In this document: one piece after another, positions 29,674 through 38,995 of the stretch
Position numbering within the stretch: the first letter of the stretch is position 1
Layout: each line of letters starts with the position of its first letter
Source of the DNA: a virus
Lineage: Duplodnaviria > Caudoviricetes
Reading direction: 5' to 3' (one strand)
IMG/VR virus record: IMGVR_UViG_3300013936_000021
Coordinates: 1-64,000 of that record
Length of the DNA: 64,000 nucleotides
Notes under the pieces: generated by a model
What the model was told of the DNA's origin: nothing
Seen by the model: the letters and a program-made list of their open reading frames with translations, nothing else
Database searches by the model: none
Translations under genes and position numbers: made by a program

Positions 29674-30225
29674 ATCGTCAAACAGAGACACGGACACCTC
29701 ACACGGTCCACCACTCTACACGACACGCGGTCATTGACATGCTGACACACTGAGGCCCACGGTAGGCCGTGGAATAGACCTGATCTCACGTGGCGCGTGA
29801 CCCATACGGCTGACGCGCTGCACTGCACTCGCTTACATGAGCGGGCGCATACAGGATCCGTAACGGAAGGCATGAAGATACCCGTAAGTGGCGTGCGGTC
29901 GTAGTAGCAACATTCGGAATGACGGAGGTATAGTGTCCTGGAAGTAGCGAAAAGTTGGAGTAGCGAATGGACCACCTCCTGAAATTGACCCCTACAACAA
30001 ACGATATACGTGCACCGCGAACGGGTGGCGATTGTCCCGGCCGTCTTGATGGATCGAAGCCATCAACGGAACGCATATACAAAAAAGGCCTCCCCGAATT
30101 GTCAAACAGCGGGGAGGCCGGGACCAAAAACGGCGAAAAGGCCGTATCTGGACACCTCACAAGTGCAAAGATACGGCGCGTTTTTGGTCCGGCCAAATTG
30201 ATTAGCAATTTTTAACAATACTATC

Positions 30226-31539
30226 ATGTGCAAATTATCAATTAGCAAGCTCCGCACCGCCTCTTATACAGAGTTCGAGGCGCAAGTGTTGAACTATGTT
30301 GCTGAGAACGTGAACTCCCTCCATGCGGGTGATGAGTTCAAGGGCGTGCCCGGCCACCAACGTTACGGCGTGTCGGAGCAAGTGATGCGTATCAATGACG
30401 TGACGCCGGACTCCTGTAGCGTCCTCTGGGTGAGCAAGAACAAGAACCTTGCCATCACGTTTGCGGATTATGCAAGCGGGCGCGGTGCCACCACCACAAC
30501 AACAACCACAACAACCGCCAAGAAGCCCGCCGCCACTACTACAGGCGGCACGGATGACGTGCTTGCAGCGCTTGGAGGGCTGTTCGCCACACACCGCCAA
30601 CAGGGATATGATGCCGCCAAGCAAGAAGACGCGGCCCGTATCGCCGAACTTGAGCAACGTATCGCCGAACTTGAGCAACAAGTTGAGGCGGCAAAGAAGT
30701 CAACGCCCGGCACGACAATCAACCTGACGATTGACGGCGCGGCACACACACACCACACGCCCGCCGTACTCGATCCGAAGTTTGGCGTGCTCGCGAAGCT
30801 GTTGGCCAGCCATGAAAACATCTACCTATACGGCCCGGCCGGAAGTGGCAAGAACGTGCTGGCTGAGGAGCTCGCAAAAGCACTGGGGGTTGATTTCTAC
30901 TATCAAAACACGATCCTAACAAAGTTCGATATTTCCGGATACAAGAACGCCGGCGGCGAATTTGAGGAAACCGAGTTTTTCAAGGCGTGGACAAAGGGCG
31001 GCTTGTTCATGTTGGATGAGGCCGACAACTCCCAGGCTGAGGCCGTTGTCGCGCTCAACGCTGCACTTGCGAACGGCTACTACACATTCCCCGGTGTCGG
31101 CCGTGTGAAGGCCAACGAGAAGTTCTATTGCTTAGCAGCCGGGAACACGAACGCACAAGGGGCCACTGAAGAGTATTGCGGCCGCTACAAATGGGATGAA
31201 AGCTCCCGTGACCGCTTCTTCTTTGTCAAGATTGATTACAACAAGGAAGTGGAAAAGACTATCGCGGGCGGTCATGAAGACGTGTTGCAGTTCGTTCGCG
31301 CGCTCCGCGCCGCCGCCGCTCAGCTGCAAATCAAGGTCATTTGCGGTTATCGCGCGCTTGGCAAGCTCGCCAAATATCACGACGATCCGGACATGTCACC
31401 CGTTGATCTCGTTTCCGGCTACATCACCCGCGGCATGGGGCGTGACGACATCCACGAGCTTGTCGGTTTGCTTGAAAAGGACGGGCTTTCTGGCAACGTC
31501 TATTTCAAAGCACTAGAAGAGATTGAGGAAAACTCCTGA
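30226..31539 (+). CDS. MoxR/CbbQ-like AAA+ ATPase
   Basis: GPAGSGKN Walker A, FMLDEAD Walker B, AAGNT, RDRF; Thr-rich linker and coiled coil. Confidence 0.85.
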   Translation: MCKLSISKLRTASYTEFEAQVLNYVAENVNSLHAGDEFKGVPGHQRYGVSEQVMRINDVTPDSCSVLWVSKNKNLAITFADYASGRGATTTTTTTTTAKKPAATTTGGTDDVLAALGGLFATHRQQGYDAAKQEDAARIAELEQRIAELEQQVEAAKKSTPGTTINLTIDGAAHTHHTPAVLDPKFGVLAKLLASHENIYLYGPAGSGKNVLAEELAKALGVDFYYQNTILTKFDISGYKNAGGEFEETEFFKAWTKGGLFMLDEADNSQAEAVVALNAALANGYYTFPGVGRVKANEKFYCLAAGNTNAQGATEEYCGRYKWDESSRDRFFFVKIDYNKEVEKTIAGGHEDVLQFVRALRAAAAQLQIKVICGYRALGKLAKYHDDPDMSPVDLVSGYITRGMGRDDIHELVGLLEKDGLSGNVYFKALEEIEENS

Positions 31540-31548
31540 CAATAACCC

Positions 31549-31574
31549 GGCCGCCTACGAAACAGTAGGCGGCC
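31549..31574 (+). terminator. GC-rich hairpin
   Basis: GGCCGCCTAC-GAAACA-GTAGGCGGCC. Confidence 0.5.
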
Positions 31575-31589
31575 ACAAAACAACAAAGA

Positions 31590-32384
31590 ATGAAAGATAT
31601 ATATTTTGAGAAGTTCGAAACGTTGGCTGACTTCTCGCACGCTATCAATACGCGGCCGACCGATTCTTTTTATAAGGATCCGTCTTCAATGTGTAACGAC
31701 TTCGAATTCACGGGCACGCATTCATGGGATGAGGCCGAAAAATTGCTTTTAGAGGGCGATAAAGAGACGGCCGACAAGATAGCCCACGCCTCCAAGATTA
31801 AGCCCGCCACGGCCGCGAAAACGGCCATTACACGCGGCCCGGTTGGGTTCGTGCCAAACGTTCCGGCCTATCTTGCCGGGAACCCTAACAACATGTTAGG
31901 AGTAAGAACCCAAAGCTACAAAAGCACGAAAGTTGTAAACCTTGTCGTTGACCGCGGAATCAGATGCGGCGTACAAGCGAGCGAGATTTTGGAATTCGGC
32001 GCAAAAGTACTTGGTATCGTCAAAAGTCTTGAACAAAGCGGGTACCGGTGCAATTTGTACGTATCGAAAATAAATGAATACAAAAAGACTGCAAACGTTG
32101 GAGTCTTGCTGGTTAAAATAAAGGACAGCGGCAAACCGCTCAATCTCACAAAGGTTGCCTATCCGCTTTGCCACCAGTCATTTCCGCGCCGTCATGGCTT
32201 CCGTTGGGCTGAAACAACAAAACGAACGAAGGATCTGGTTTACGGATATGGATTAGCAGAAGAAGAAGACGCGCGCAAATGTATCGCGGAAAAATTCAAA
32301 CAAAGATTCATCTTCATATCAACAAGGCATCATATATACGACTCCTTCGAAGGGCTTGAAAAGCTTATCAACAACCAGTTGTGA
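31590..32384 (+). CDS. vWA-like partner of the AAA ATPase
   Basis: GFVPNVPAYLAGNPNNM, VKIKDSG..L, YPLCH.SF.RR pattern; adjacent to MoxR-type ATPase. Confidence 0.6.
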   Translation: MKDIYFEKFETLADFSHAINTRPTDSFYKDPSSMCNDFEFTGTHSWDEAEKLLLEGDKETADKIAHASKIKPATAAKTAITRGPVGFVPNVPAYLAGNPNNMLGVRTQSYKSTKVVNLVVDRGIRCGVQASEILEFGAKVLGIVKSLEQSGYRCNLYVSKINEYKKTANVGVLLVKIKDSGKPLNLTKVAYPLCHQSFPRRHGFRWAETTKRTKDLVYGYGLAEEEDARKCIAEKFKQRFIFISTRHHIYDSFEGLEKLINNQL

Positions 32385-32402
32385 CCACTGGCAAATGGCC
32401 AC

Positions 32403-32451
32403 GGGCGCCGGGTCTGAGGCCCGCGGGCGGATCATGACCGCCGCGCCCACT
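32403..32451 (+). ncRNA. Miniature tRNA-like element
   Basis: GGGCGC/GCGCCC acceptor-like stem, one hairpin, 5 bp stem with 7 nt loop. Confidence 0.35.
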
Positions 32452-32476
32452 ATTATAAACCGCAAAGCAATATAAT

Positions 32477-32662
32477 ATGATAAAGAAAATCTTTTACATC
32501 GGTTTCATGGCGTTGTTCGTCGCGCCTGTCTGTTTCCTGATTGAAGTGATCCGCCTGTCCATCAAATGGCATTGTTTGCCGTTGAGTTATGGGACGGGGT
32601 CTCCTGTGGTGTTCACGGCCAGATGTTTTACGCAAGGATTTCGCGAAATGTGGGGAGACTAA
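32477..32662 (+). CDS. Small membrane protein
   Basis: Hydrophobic N-terminus MIKKIFYIGFMALFVAPVCFLIEVI. Confidence 0.5.
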   Translation: MIKKIFYIGFMALFVAPVCFLIEVIRLSIKWHCLPLSYGTGSPVVFTARCFTQGFREMWGD

Positions 32663-32809
32663 AATAACCACGCGTGCGCCCCTGTTTTGCGTGCGGCGTG
32701 TACTTATACCACCACGCAATTTCAAGGCCGTAAATCGAAAGAAAATGCGGTTATACGCAAAGTATAGACAGCGCGCCCGCCGCGCTGCAAACTTAAAAGC
32801 AAAAATGTT

Positions 32810-32899
32810 ATGATATATTTCGTATCAGTCGCCCTTCTGGCCGCTTATGTGGCCGGGATATATGTCGGGCGCAATTGGGACAAGCTGACCGCGGAGTAA
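32810..32899 (+). CDS. 29 aa membrane peptide
   Basis: MIYFVSVALLAAYVAGIYVGRNWDKLTAE, A-rich upstream. Confidence 0.45.
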   Translation: MIYFVSVALLAAYVAGIYVGRNWDKLTAE

Positions 32900-32979
32900 A
32901 GCCGCTGGGGCAAAGGCGAACCGAAAGGGGCCGCCGAATTGTCGTTTAAATTAATAACTAATAACAAGGGGCAAAAACC

Positions 32980-33195
32980 ATGAAGAAAGTTAGATTATTC
33001 AACCATTACAACAATGGCAATGACAGCAGGGTCAACGTTTATTTTGAGGACGGCACGGAATGGCATAGAACGGTCACGGCGTATGATGTGACACGCCTTG
33101 CCCGCGAAGGCGTGCCGTACCTCTTGGCGTTAATGGAAAAATACAAGAAGCCGCAAGGAGTAAGATTCGTAAACGGGCGCAGAATAATCTTTTAG
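32980..33195 (+). CDS. Hypothetical protein
   Basis: 71 aa with A-rich leader. Confidence 0.55.
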   Translation: MKKVRLFNHYNNGNDSRVNVYFEDGTEWHRTVTAYDVTRLAREGVPYLLALMEKYKKPQGVRFVNGRRIIF

Positions 33196-33297
33196 ATAGA
33201 TGCGCCCAACTTGGATAAACCCGCTTGCTTGGGGCGACGGTTTAAGGCCGGGTGCGGGTTCAACTCCCGCACGTCCACTAACCGAAAAAATATAGCT

Positions 33298-34230
33298 ATG
33301 AGCATTTCTGATTTCTTATCCGCCAAAGTGTATTGTGGCACTTATGGCAAGTACAACCGCGGATCATTGGATGGCGGTTGGTTAACGTTGGCTGACTATA
33401 AGACCAACGAGGAGTTTTTGAATGCGTGCGCCAAGCTACACTCCGACGAGCGCGAACCGGAATTCATGTTCCAGGACACAGATTGCTTGCCCGAAGAGTT
33501 TTACTCCGAAAGTTGCATCTATCCCGAAGTGTTCATGACCATGCGAGAAATAGAGGGTATGAGCAGAGACGAGAGAGGGGCCTTTCAGAAGTATTGCGAC
33601 GAGAAAGAAGCCATCCCAGACATGTATGATGTGGACGAGTTCAAACTGTCCTACAAACCTGGTAACAATGGCAAAGGCGAAAAGAACAAGGACAGCGGGC
33701 AAAGCGCCTTGGAGGAGTTGCTCGATTTAATCAAGCAGAATTGTGGCTCCGACTACAAGGGTTATTATATTGACGCGATGAAGTTTAGAGACGGCTTTCT
33801 AAAGTTCAGAAAACAGGAGTTGCGAAAATCGTTTTGTTGGGGTTATTCCGACTTTCAAGGAAGACCAGAAGAAGAGGCGAACGATTTGCGCAATAACTTT
33901 GGCGAGCGCGAGTTCAAGAAAGAGAACCTGGCGGACTTCGACAGAAAATACAGAGGCACACTTGAGCAGCTTGACAGATACAAAGACGTGACACTCCGAA
34001 GATGTGACGAGTTTCGCGGAATCGTTACGTATTGCATTTGCTCGGAATTCTGCCCGCCAGATCCCGAGCATGATGTGACGCTGAAGGACAAAGAGGCGGA
34101 TGAGTTCAGAGAGGAGTACAAAACCATTGTTGCAAGAGCCCGCAAAGCTTTTGAGAAGCGAATAGACTCCTACCTGAAGCGTTACGGGTTAACCAAAATC
34201 CGCAAATGGACATATTGGGCCGACGAGTAA
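33298..34230 (+). CDS. ardA: ArdA-like antirestriction protein fused to an extra C-terminal domain
   Basis: VYCGTYGKYNRGSLDGGWLTLADY...LHSDEREPEFMFQD matches the ArdA N-terminus. Confidence 0.8.
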   Translation: MSISDFLSAKVYCGTYGKYNRGSLDGGWLTLADYKTNEEFLNACAKLHSDEREPEFMFQDTDCLPEEFYSESCIYPEVFMTMREIEGMSRDERGAFQKYCDEKEAIPDMYDVDEFKLSYKPGNNGKGEKNKDSGQSALEELLDLIKQNCGSDYKGYYIDAMKFRDGFLKFRKQELRKSFCWGYSDFQGRPEEEANDLRNNFGEREFKKENLADFDRKYRGTLEQLDRYKDVTLRRCDEFRGIVTYCICSEFCPPDPEHDVTLKDKEADEFREEYKTIVARARKAFEKRIDSYLKRYGLTKIRKWTYWADE

Positions 34231-34535
34231 AAATTGCACATGATAGCCCGAAAGGGTGGATGATGACAGGAACCGGAAGGAAAGCTGGCAGCCGTGTGCG
34301 AGCCACGGCCATCAACAAAGCGGGCCATTTCCCGCATGAGTAGTCTTACAGATTTTCGGAGCAAGCACCTTTGAGCCGTTTCCTACTCCAAAGCAAAGAA
34401 AGGACTGAAAGTGGGCGGCGAGCACGCGAGAAAGCCGTTGTTTACCCGTTTCGGCGATACTGCAAAACGGGCCACGTTGGGCGATAACGTAAAGCGCATT
34501 TTCTTTGAGTATAAACAATAAAAACAAGACAAGAT

Positions 34536-34811
34536 ATGAGCAAAAAGGAAATCGAAAAGTTGTTGAATGCTGTAAGGTATGCCACTCCTGCAAATAATCA
34601 GGTGGTGGTTGTGTTCAACGGAGCCGAGTACACATTCGGAGATAGAAGACAGCCTTTCACTGAAAAGACGAGAGAGAAGTGGCTGGAGTGGATAAAAGCA
34701 CGGATCGCCATTTCATCAAGAAAAAACGCATTCACGGAAAAAGCAAGACATTTGGCTTGTAATAGGATGTGCGAATACTCCAGTCAGGTCTTTTCTGCTT
34801 CTCTCGATTAG
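34536..34811 (+). CDS. Hypothetical protein
   Basis: 91 aa ORF. Confidence 0.55.
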   Translation: MSKKEIEKLLNAVRYATPANNQVVVVFNGAEYTFGDRRQPFTEKTREKWLEWIKARIAISSRKNAFTEKARHLACNRMCEYSSQVFSASLD

Positions 34812-34865
34812 CTAATAAGCATTATGAACGAATCACAAATTAAGCAATTTAAGCAATAGCAAAAT

Positions 34866-35174
34866 ATGAAAGAAACATTGATAACGATGTTGCGCAAATC
34901 CATGGCGGACATGCGCAACTTCAAGGGCAAACATCCGGACAGGATTGCCCTTTGGAGAAAGGGCGAGTATGATTACGCATTTGGCGACGATGCCATCAAG
35001 GTCGGAGCTATTCTTGGGATGCCGGTTGAGACGGCAATAGACCGAGAGACAGGCGAGGAGTACAAGTACCTTTCGTTTTCTTGCTACTTCCTTGATACGT
35101 ATCTTCCCAAACTTGTAAAGGCCGCGGTCAATGATGCTGGCGGCTTAAATTTCAAGATTGCGATTTTAGAGTAG
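34866..35174 (+). CDS. Stand-alone MutS domain I-like protein
   Basis: KHPDRIALWRKGEYDYAFGDDAIKVGAILG...LDTYLPKLVKA. Confidence 0.75.
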   Translation: MKETLITMLRKSMADMRNFKGKHPDRIALWRKGEYDYAFGDDAIKVGAILGMPVETAIDRETGEEYKYLSFSCYFLDTYLPKLVKAAVNDAGGLNFKIAILE

Positions 35175-35244
35175 CTTTCAGAAAAATTAATGTGTGTCTG
35201 TCACAATAACACGCAGATGATAACGTTTTTTAATCGGAAACAAA

Positions 35245-36303
35245 ATGGAACAAATAACAAGAATGAATCAAGGTGGGCATCTGGAAGTTTACGACAAGGT
35301 GCTCCCGTCGTGCAACAAATGCGTCTATCATATAGTGATCAACGGGAGCACCTGCTGCGGTGCTGACAAAACCTGCCACGTGAAAGACGAGCTGGCAGCC
35401 AAGGAGTCAGGGCCAAAGGTCATCATATACAGCCGCGTGTCGACCGAGAAGCAGACCTTTGAGCAACAGGAACGCACCGTGAACGAATGGCTGGCAGCAC
35501 ACGGCATGAAAGCCACCGATGAGGTGAGCGATGAGGGCGTAAGCGGAGGAGTAAGCTACAAGGACAGAAACCTTGGAAAGGTTGTGCTTCCCATGCTCCG
35601 CAAAGGCGACACCTTGATAGTGTCAGAGGTAAGCCGAATAGGCCGATCCATGAGCGACATTAACAAGTTTGTTAACGACGAGCTGAAGCCCCGCGGGGTT
35701 CGCCTGGTCATCGTTCAGATGGGGATCGACCTTGATTGCAGCAGGCTCAAAGCAATTGACGAAATGCTCCTTTTCTCTTTTTCCTTTGCTGCGCAGATGG
35801 AAAAGGAGTTGATCCAGGAACGCACGCAAAGCGCATTGGATGTGCGCAAGAAGAAGTTGGAAGAGGAAGGACAATTCGTAAGCAAGGCCGGCAACGTTGT
35901 CAAGAAGCTTGGAAGGCCGAAGAAATGCGACCTATCCAACGCACAGGCAGCCGCGTCCGCAAAGCGTAAAAAACAAGCAGCTGAAAAGCCGTGCAACAAG
36001 GCTATCTGGGCGGTTGTCAAGCAGGCGACCAACGACTTTCAGGAGCTGACGCAAGACAACTTCCTGAAAGCTTCTATCACGTTGCAACAGATGGGAGTCT
36101 ACTCCTCGACGGGAAAAATTCTCACCCTGGAACGGGTTCGAGCCGCTTATTACAACCTGCGATGCGTCTATGACGATGTTGTGTTGTTCAGACGAAGAAG
36201 TGCCGACTATCGTATACTGAAAGAACGCGGAATGAGCGACGACGAGATAAGGGAGTACTTCAAAGAACTTAGTAAGCAGAGAAAGGAGGAGAAGAAGGCA
36301 TGA
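35245..36303 (+). CDS. Serine recombinase (resolvase/invertase family)
   Basis: YSRVSTEKQ, DEGVSG, VSEVSRIGRS, AQMEKELIQERT, LGRP. Confidence 0.9.
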   Translation: MEQITRMNQGGHLEVYDKVLPSCNKCVYHIVINGSTCCGADKTCHVKDELAAKESGPKVIIYSRVSTEKQTFEQQERTVNEWLAAHGMKATDEVSDEGVSGGVSYKDRNLGKVVLPMLRKGDTLIVSEVSRIGRSMSDINKFVNDELKPRGVRLVIVQMGIDLDCSRLKAIDEMLLFSFSFAAQMEKELIQERTQSALDVRKKKLEEEGQFVSKAGNVVKKLGRPKKCDLSNAQAAASAKRKKQAAEKPCNKAIWAVVKQATNDFQELTQDNFLKASITLQQMGVYSSTGKILTLERVRAAYYNLRCVYDDVVLFRRRSADYRILKERGMSDDEIREYFKELSKQRKEEKKA

Positions 36304-36429
36304 TGACATTTCTAATCGCCGCTTGGCTCATCGGCACGTTGTTCGACTGCGCTATGGGCCGCGGAAAGTGAACAGACGGAAACAAAAATTAACCATTCAG
36401 CCCTCGACATCACGGTTAAGTCAGGAACT

Positions 36430-36888
36430 ATGAAGAAAATAGAATTTGTAGGAGGCGTTGCACCCGAGCTGGCGCAAGTAATCGAAGATAACAATATTGT
36501 TGCCACGTGTGTTGACGGGAACGTTTGCGGGATAAGCGACGAGGATTATTCCAAGTTGAAGCATGTGGCTCCTGCTGCATGGGACGGCAACGACATCGTA
36601 GATGTAGACGTGTTCACTGTCTATTACAACAACAACGTTGAGGTTTTCAAGATTAAAGAGTTTCCAACGCTTGAAGAAGCCAAGGCTTATTGTGACGACG
36701 AGACGAGAGGCTACGACGAAGTGGCCGACGGTGACAACGACTACGAAGGCCGCAGCAACAATTTCCGCTATGAGGTTTACGATGGTGAGCCTATAGAGGA
36801 GTTCTTTGATGAGGACGGGGAAGTGGACGACGAGAAGACCGTCTTCAAGGAACCCGTGTATCAGACGAAGCAGTATTATTGCGACTAA
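36430..36888 (+). CDS. Highly acidic protein (possible DNA mimic)
   Basis: Very D/E/Y-rich 152 aa. Confidence 0.55.
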   Translation: MKKIEFVGGVAPELAQVIEDNNIVATCVDGNVCGISDEDYSKLKHVAPAAWDGNDIVDVDVFTVYYNNNVEVFKIKEFPTLEEAKAYCDDETRGYDEVADGDNDYEGRSNNFRYEVYDGEPIEEFFDEDGEVDDEKTVFKEPVYQTKQYYCD

Positions 36889-37030
36889 GCCCCGATTTAA
36901 GCTTTCTGACGGCCTTTTGCGGGCGGTGTGGATAAGTTGTCCACATGGCGAGTGGGAGGCCGTTAAATCGAAAATAACGCCGTTTTTCGGCATTTTTAAA
37001 TATAACTCATTAAAAACACATTCAAGAATT

Positions 37031-37273
37031 ATGAAAAAGTACAATTTGGTCAAAGTTGAGAATGGCAAGGAAGAAGTCGTGTTGGAGAACGTTTCTATTG
37101 AACTTGCAATTGCCTACGTTAATGTGCGCAAGGCAGACGGCCTTGTGAGCGTCAACAGCCTTGACATCGTTCAGCAGATGGACGTCGAGAAAGAGGGCAA
37201 CGTCGTAGTCTTCAAGGCGTACGATGCAGAGCCGGCATGGGAAGACAAGCTGACGAAGAAGCCGCAAGAGTAA
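37031..37273 (+). CDS. Hypothetical protein
   Basis: MKKYNLVKVENG...; followed by terminator. Confidence 0.55.
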   Translation: MKKYNLVKVENGKEEVVLENVSIELAIAYVNVRKADGLVSVNSLDIVQQMDVEKEGNVVVFKAYDAEPAWEDKLTKKPQE

Positions 37274-37288
37274 GCTCTCGTCATCACC

Positions 37289-37330
37289 GCACCCCGCTCG
37301 CCTTAGTTGGTTGAGCGGGGTGTCTTTTCC
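37289..37330 (+). terminator. Rho-independent terminator
   Basis: CACCCCGCTC/GAGCGGGGTG stem then T-rich tail. Confidence 0.65.
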
Positions 37331-37454
37331 ATTCCTTTCGCAAAAGAGGGGGCTTTTGGGGGGGGAGTTCCTGTAAGAAAAAAATCATGTCACTCTTTTA
37401 GAGCATGTTCAACTCTTTTTGAGGTTATGGCGAATTTTTCGGAGCGTCATCGAA

Positions 37455-37685
37455 TTGAGAGAAATGAGAGAGAAATGAGAAAACGAGAAAAAAGAACCAA
37501 AAAAGAGTAAAAGAGAAAAGAGAGAAGCAAAGAGAGGCAAACAAAAAGAAAAAGAAGCAAAAAGAAAATATATATAATAATTATAATAAATATATTAAAT
37601 AAATATAATTATAATAATATATATATTAAATATAATATACTATCAGTTGCGTAAGCTAATACGCGTGTGCGCACGTGCGAGAGGA
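37455..37685. repeat. A/G-rich then almost pure AT low-complexity tract
   Basis: GAGAAA repeats, ~70 nt of A/T only, then alternating CGCGTGTGCGCACGTGCG. Confidence 0.7.
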
Positions 37686-37790
37686 AAAGTTTTTGGTATT
37701 GTCAATATTTGCGAATATTTTTTTGCCCGATTTTGAAATTTTGCCGAGCGATTTTTTGCGTTTTCGTTTGGCCAGAACTGAAATCTTTCG

Positions 37791-37980
37791 TATCTTTGCA
37801 GCGTTCAACATTTCAGCGGTATGGTTGCCGCATCTTCCACAAAGGAAGGTGCGATTATTGTACCAACACTTTTGAGATTTAAGTAATCAAATAATGAATT
37901 ACTGCGCCGTGTCTGGGGATAGGAAACTACTCCAGGGGTTTGCTGAAAGCCTTGAACAACACGTAGCGCAGTTTTTTTAG
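37791..37980 (+). promoter_or_regulatory. Promoter plus structured leader/attenuator of BRO gene
   Basis: TATCTTTGCA; hairpin ACTGCG...CGCAGT plus T7; 5' leader complementary to hairpin loop. Confidence 0.6.
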
Positions 37981-37998
37981 TTCTAAATATTTCAGTAA

Positions 37999-38835
37999 AT
38001 GGACGCATTAAAGATTTTCAGCAACCCGAAGTTCGGGCAGGTTCGCATCATTACAGATGATGCAAGTGGCGAATTATTGTTCTGTGCCAACGACATCACG
38101 CAAGCACTTGGTTACGCAAATGGAAGAAAAGCGGTTGCAGACCATGTGGAAGAGGGGGATGTAACGAAACGTGACATGGGGGTGGTTACAGGAAAGAAAG
38201 CAGACGGAACAGATGCTTTTCAGATTGTCAGCACGACCTACATTACAGAGAGTGGTGTTTATGCGCTCATCTTTGGAAGCAAGCAGGAACGTGCCAAGGA
38301 GTTCAAGCATTGGGTAACAAGCGAGGTTCTTCCTTCCATCCGCAAGACAGGTCAGTACAGCGCTAATCAACCACAAACAACCTTGCAGGAGCAAGTGAGC
38401 GCAAAGATAGCCTTTGCCGATTGGAGCGCAAAGTTCCTCAACCTCAACGATGCAAGCAAGCTGGGGATTGCGCAGAAGATTGGCAAGATGGTTGGCTTGG
38501 ACGACGCACTGCCCAAAGCGGTGAACGCAGGAACGGAGCTTTCAGTCACTCACGCTGCCACAGACCTCCTGAAAGAGCACAACGTTGGTATTTCCGCACA
38601 AGCCTTTAACCGAATGTTGGAGATTAAGGGCATTGTGAAGAAAGCCACTCGCCCTGGCAAGCAAGGAAAGGTTCACAAGTGGTACGTGATCACTCCTGCT
38701 TTCGGCAAGTACGGTGAAAACCAGCAAGACCCGAACCACCAGCAGCAGACGCAGATACGATGGTACGACGCACTCTTTTGCGAGTTGCTCAACATCGTTG
38801 GCTTCAACAAGCAAGCACTGCTGAGCATAAAGTAG
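37999..38835 (+). CDS. BRO-N antirepressor-family protein
   Basis: FSNPKFGQVR, FCANDITQALGY, ITESGVYALIFGS, WVTSEVLPSIRKTG. Confidence 0.9.
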   Translation: MDALKIFSNPKFGQVRIITDDASGELLFCANDITQALGYANGRKAVADHVEEGDVTKRDMGVVTGKKADGTDAFQIVSTTYITESGVYALIFGSKQERAKEFKHWVTSEVLPSIRKTGQYSANQPQTTLQEQVSAKIAFADWSAKFLNLNDASKLGIAQKIGKMVGLDDALPKAVNAGTELSVTHAATDLLKEHNVGISAQAFNRMLEIKGIVKKATRPGKQGKVHKWYVITPAFGKYGENQQDPNHQQQTQIRWYDALFCELLNIVGFNKQALLSIK

Positions 38836-38995
38836 ATACTTTTTTGCGCTTATTGTAAGTTTGTGGTTTCCCAATGTTAATTAATCACAAAAAGACAAAT
38901 TGGTATTTTTAGTTATCAACAGATGTCCACAGATACCAACAGATGCCATCATTTAACACTTGTTTGCGGTATTTGGAAGAATGGCTGCGGTGGCT

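Noticed and set aside
28461-30215. Many short ORFs on both strands
   Set aside because: Low-complexity or GC-rich non-coding DNA; products lack protein-like composition
30637-30678. 21 bp tandem duplication CGTATCGCCGAACTTGAGCAA
   Set aside because: Ordinary heptad duplication in a coiled coil (RIAELEQ twice)
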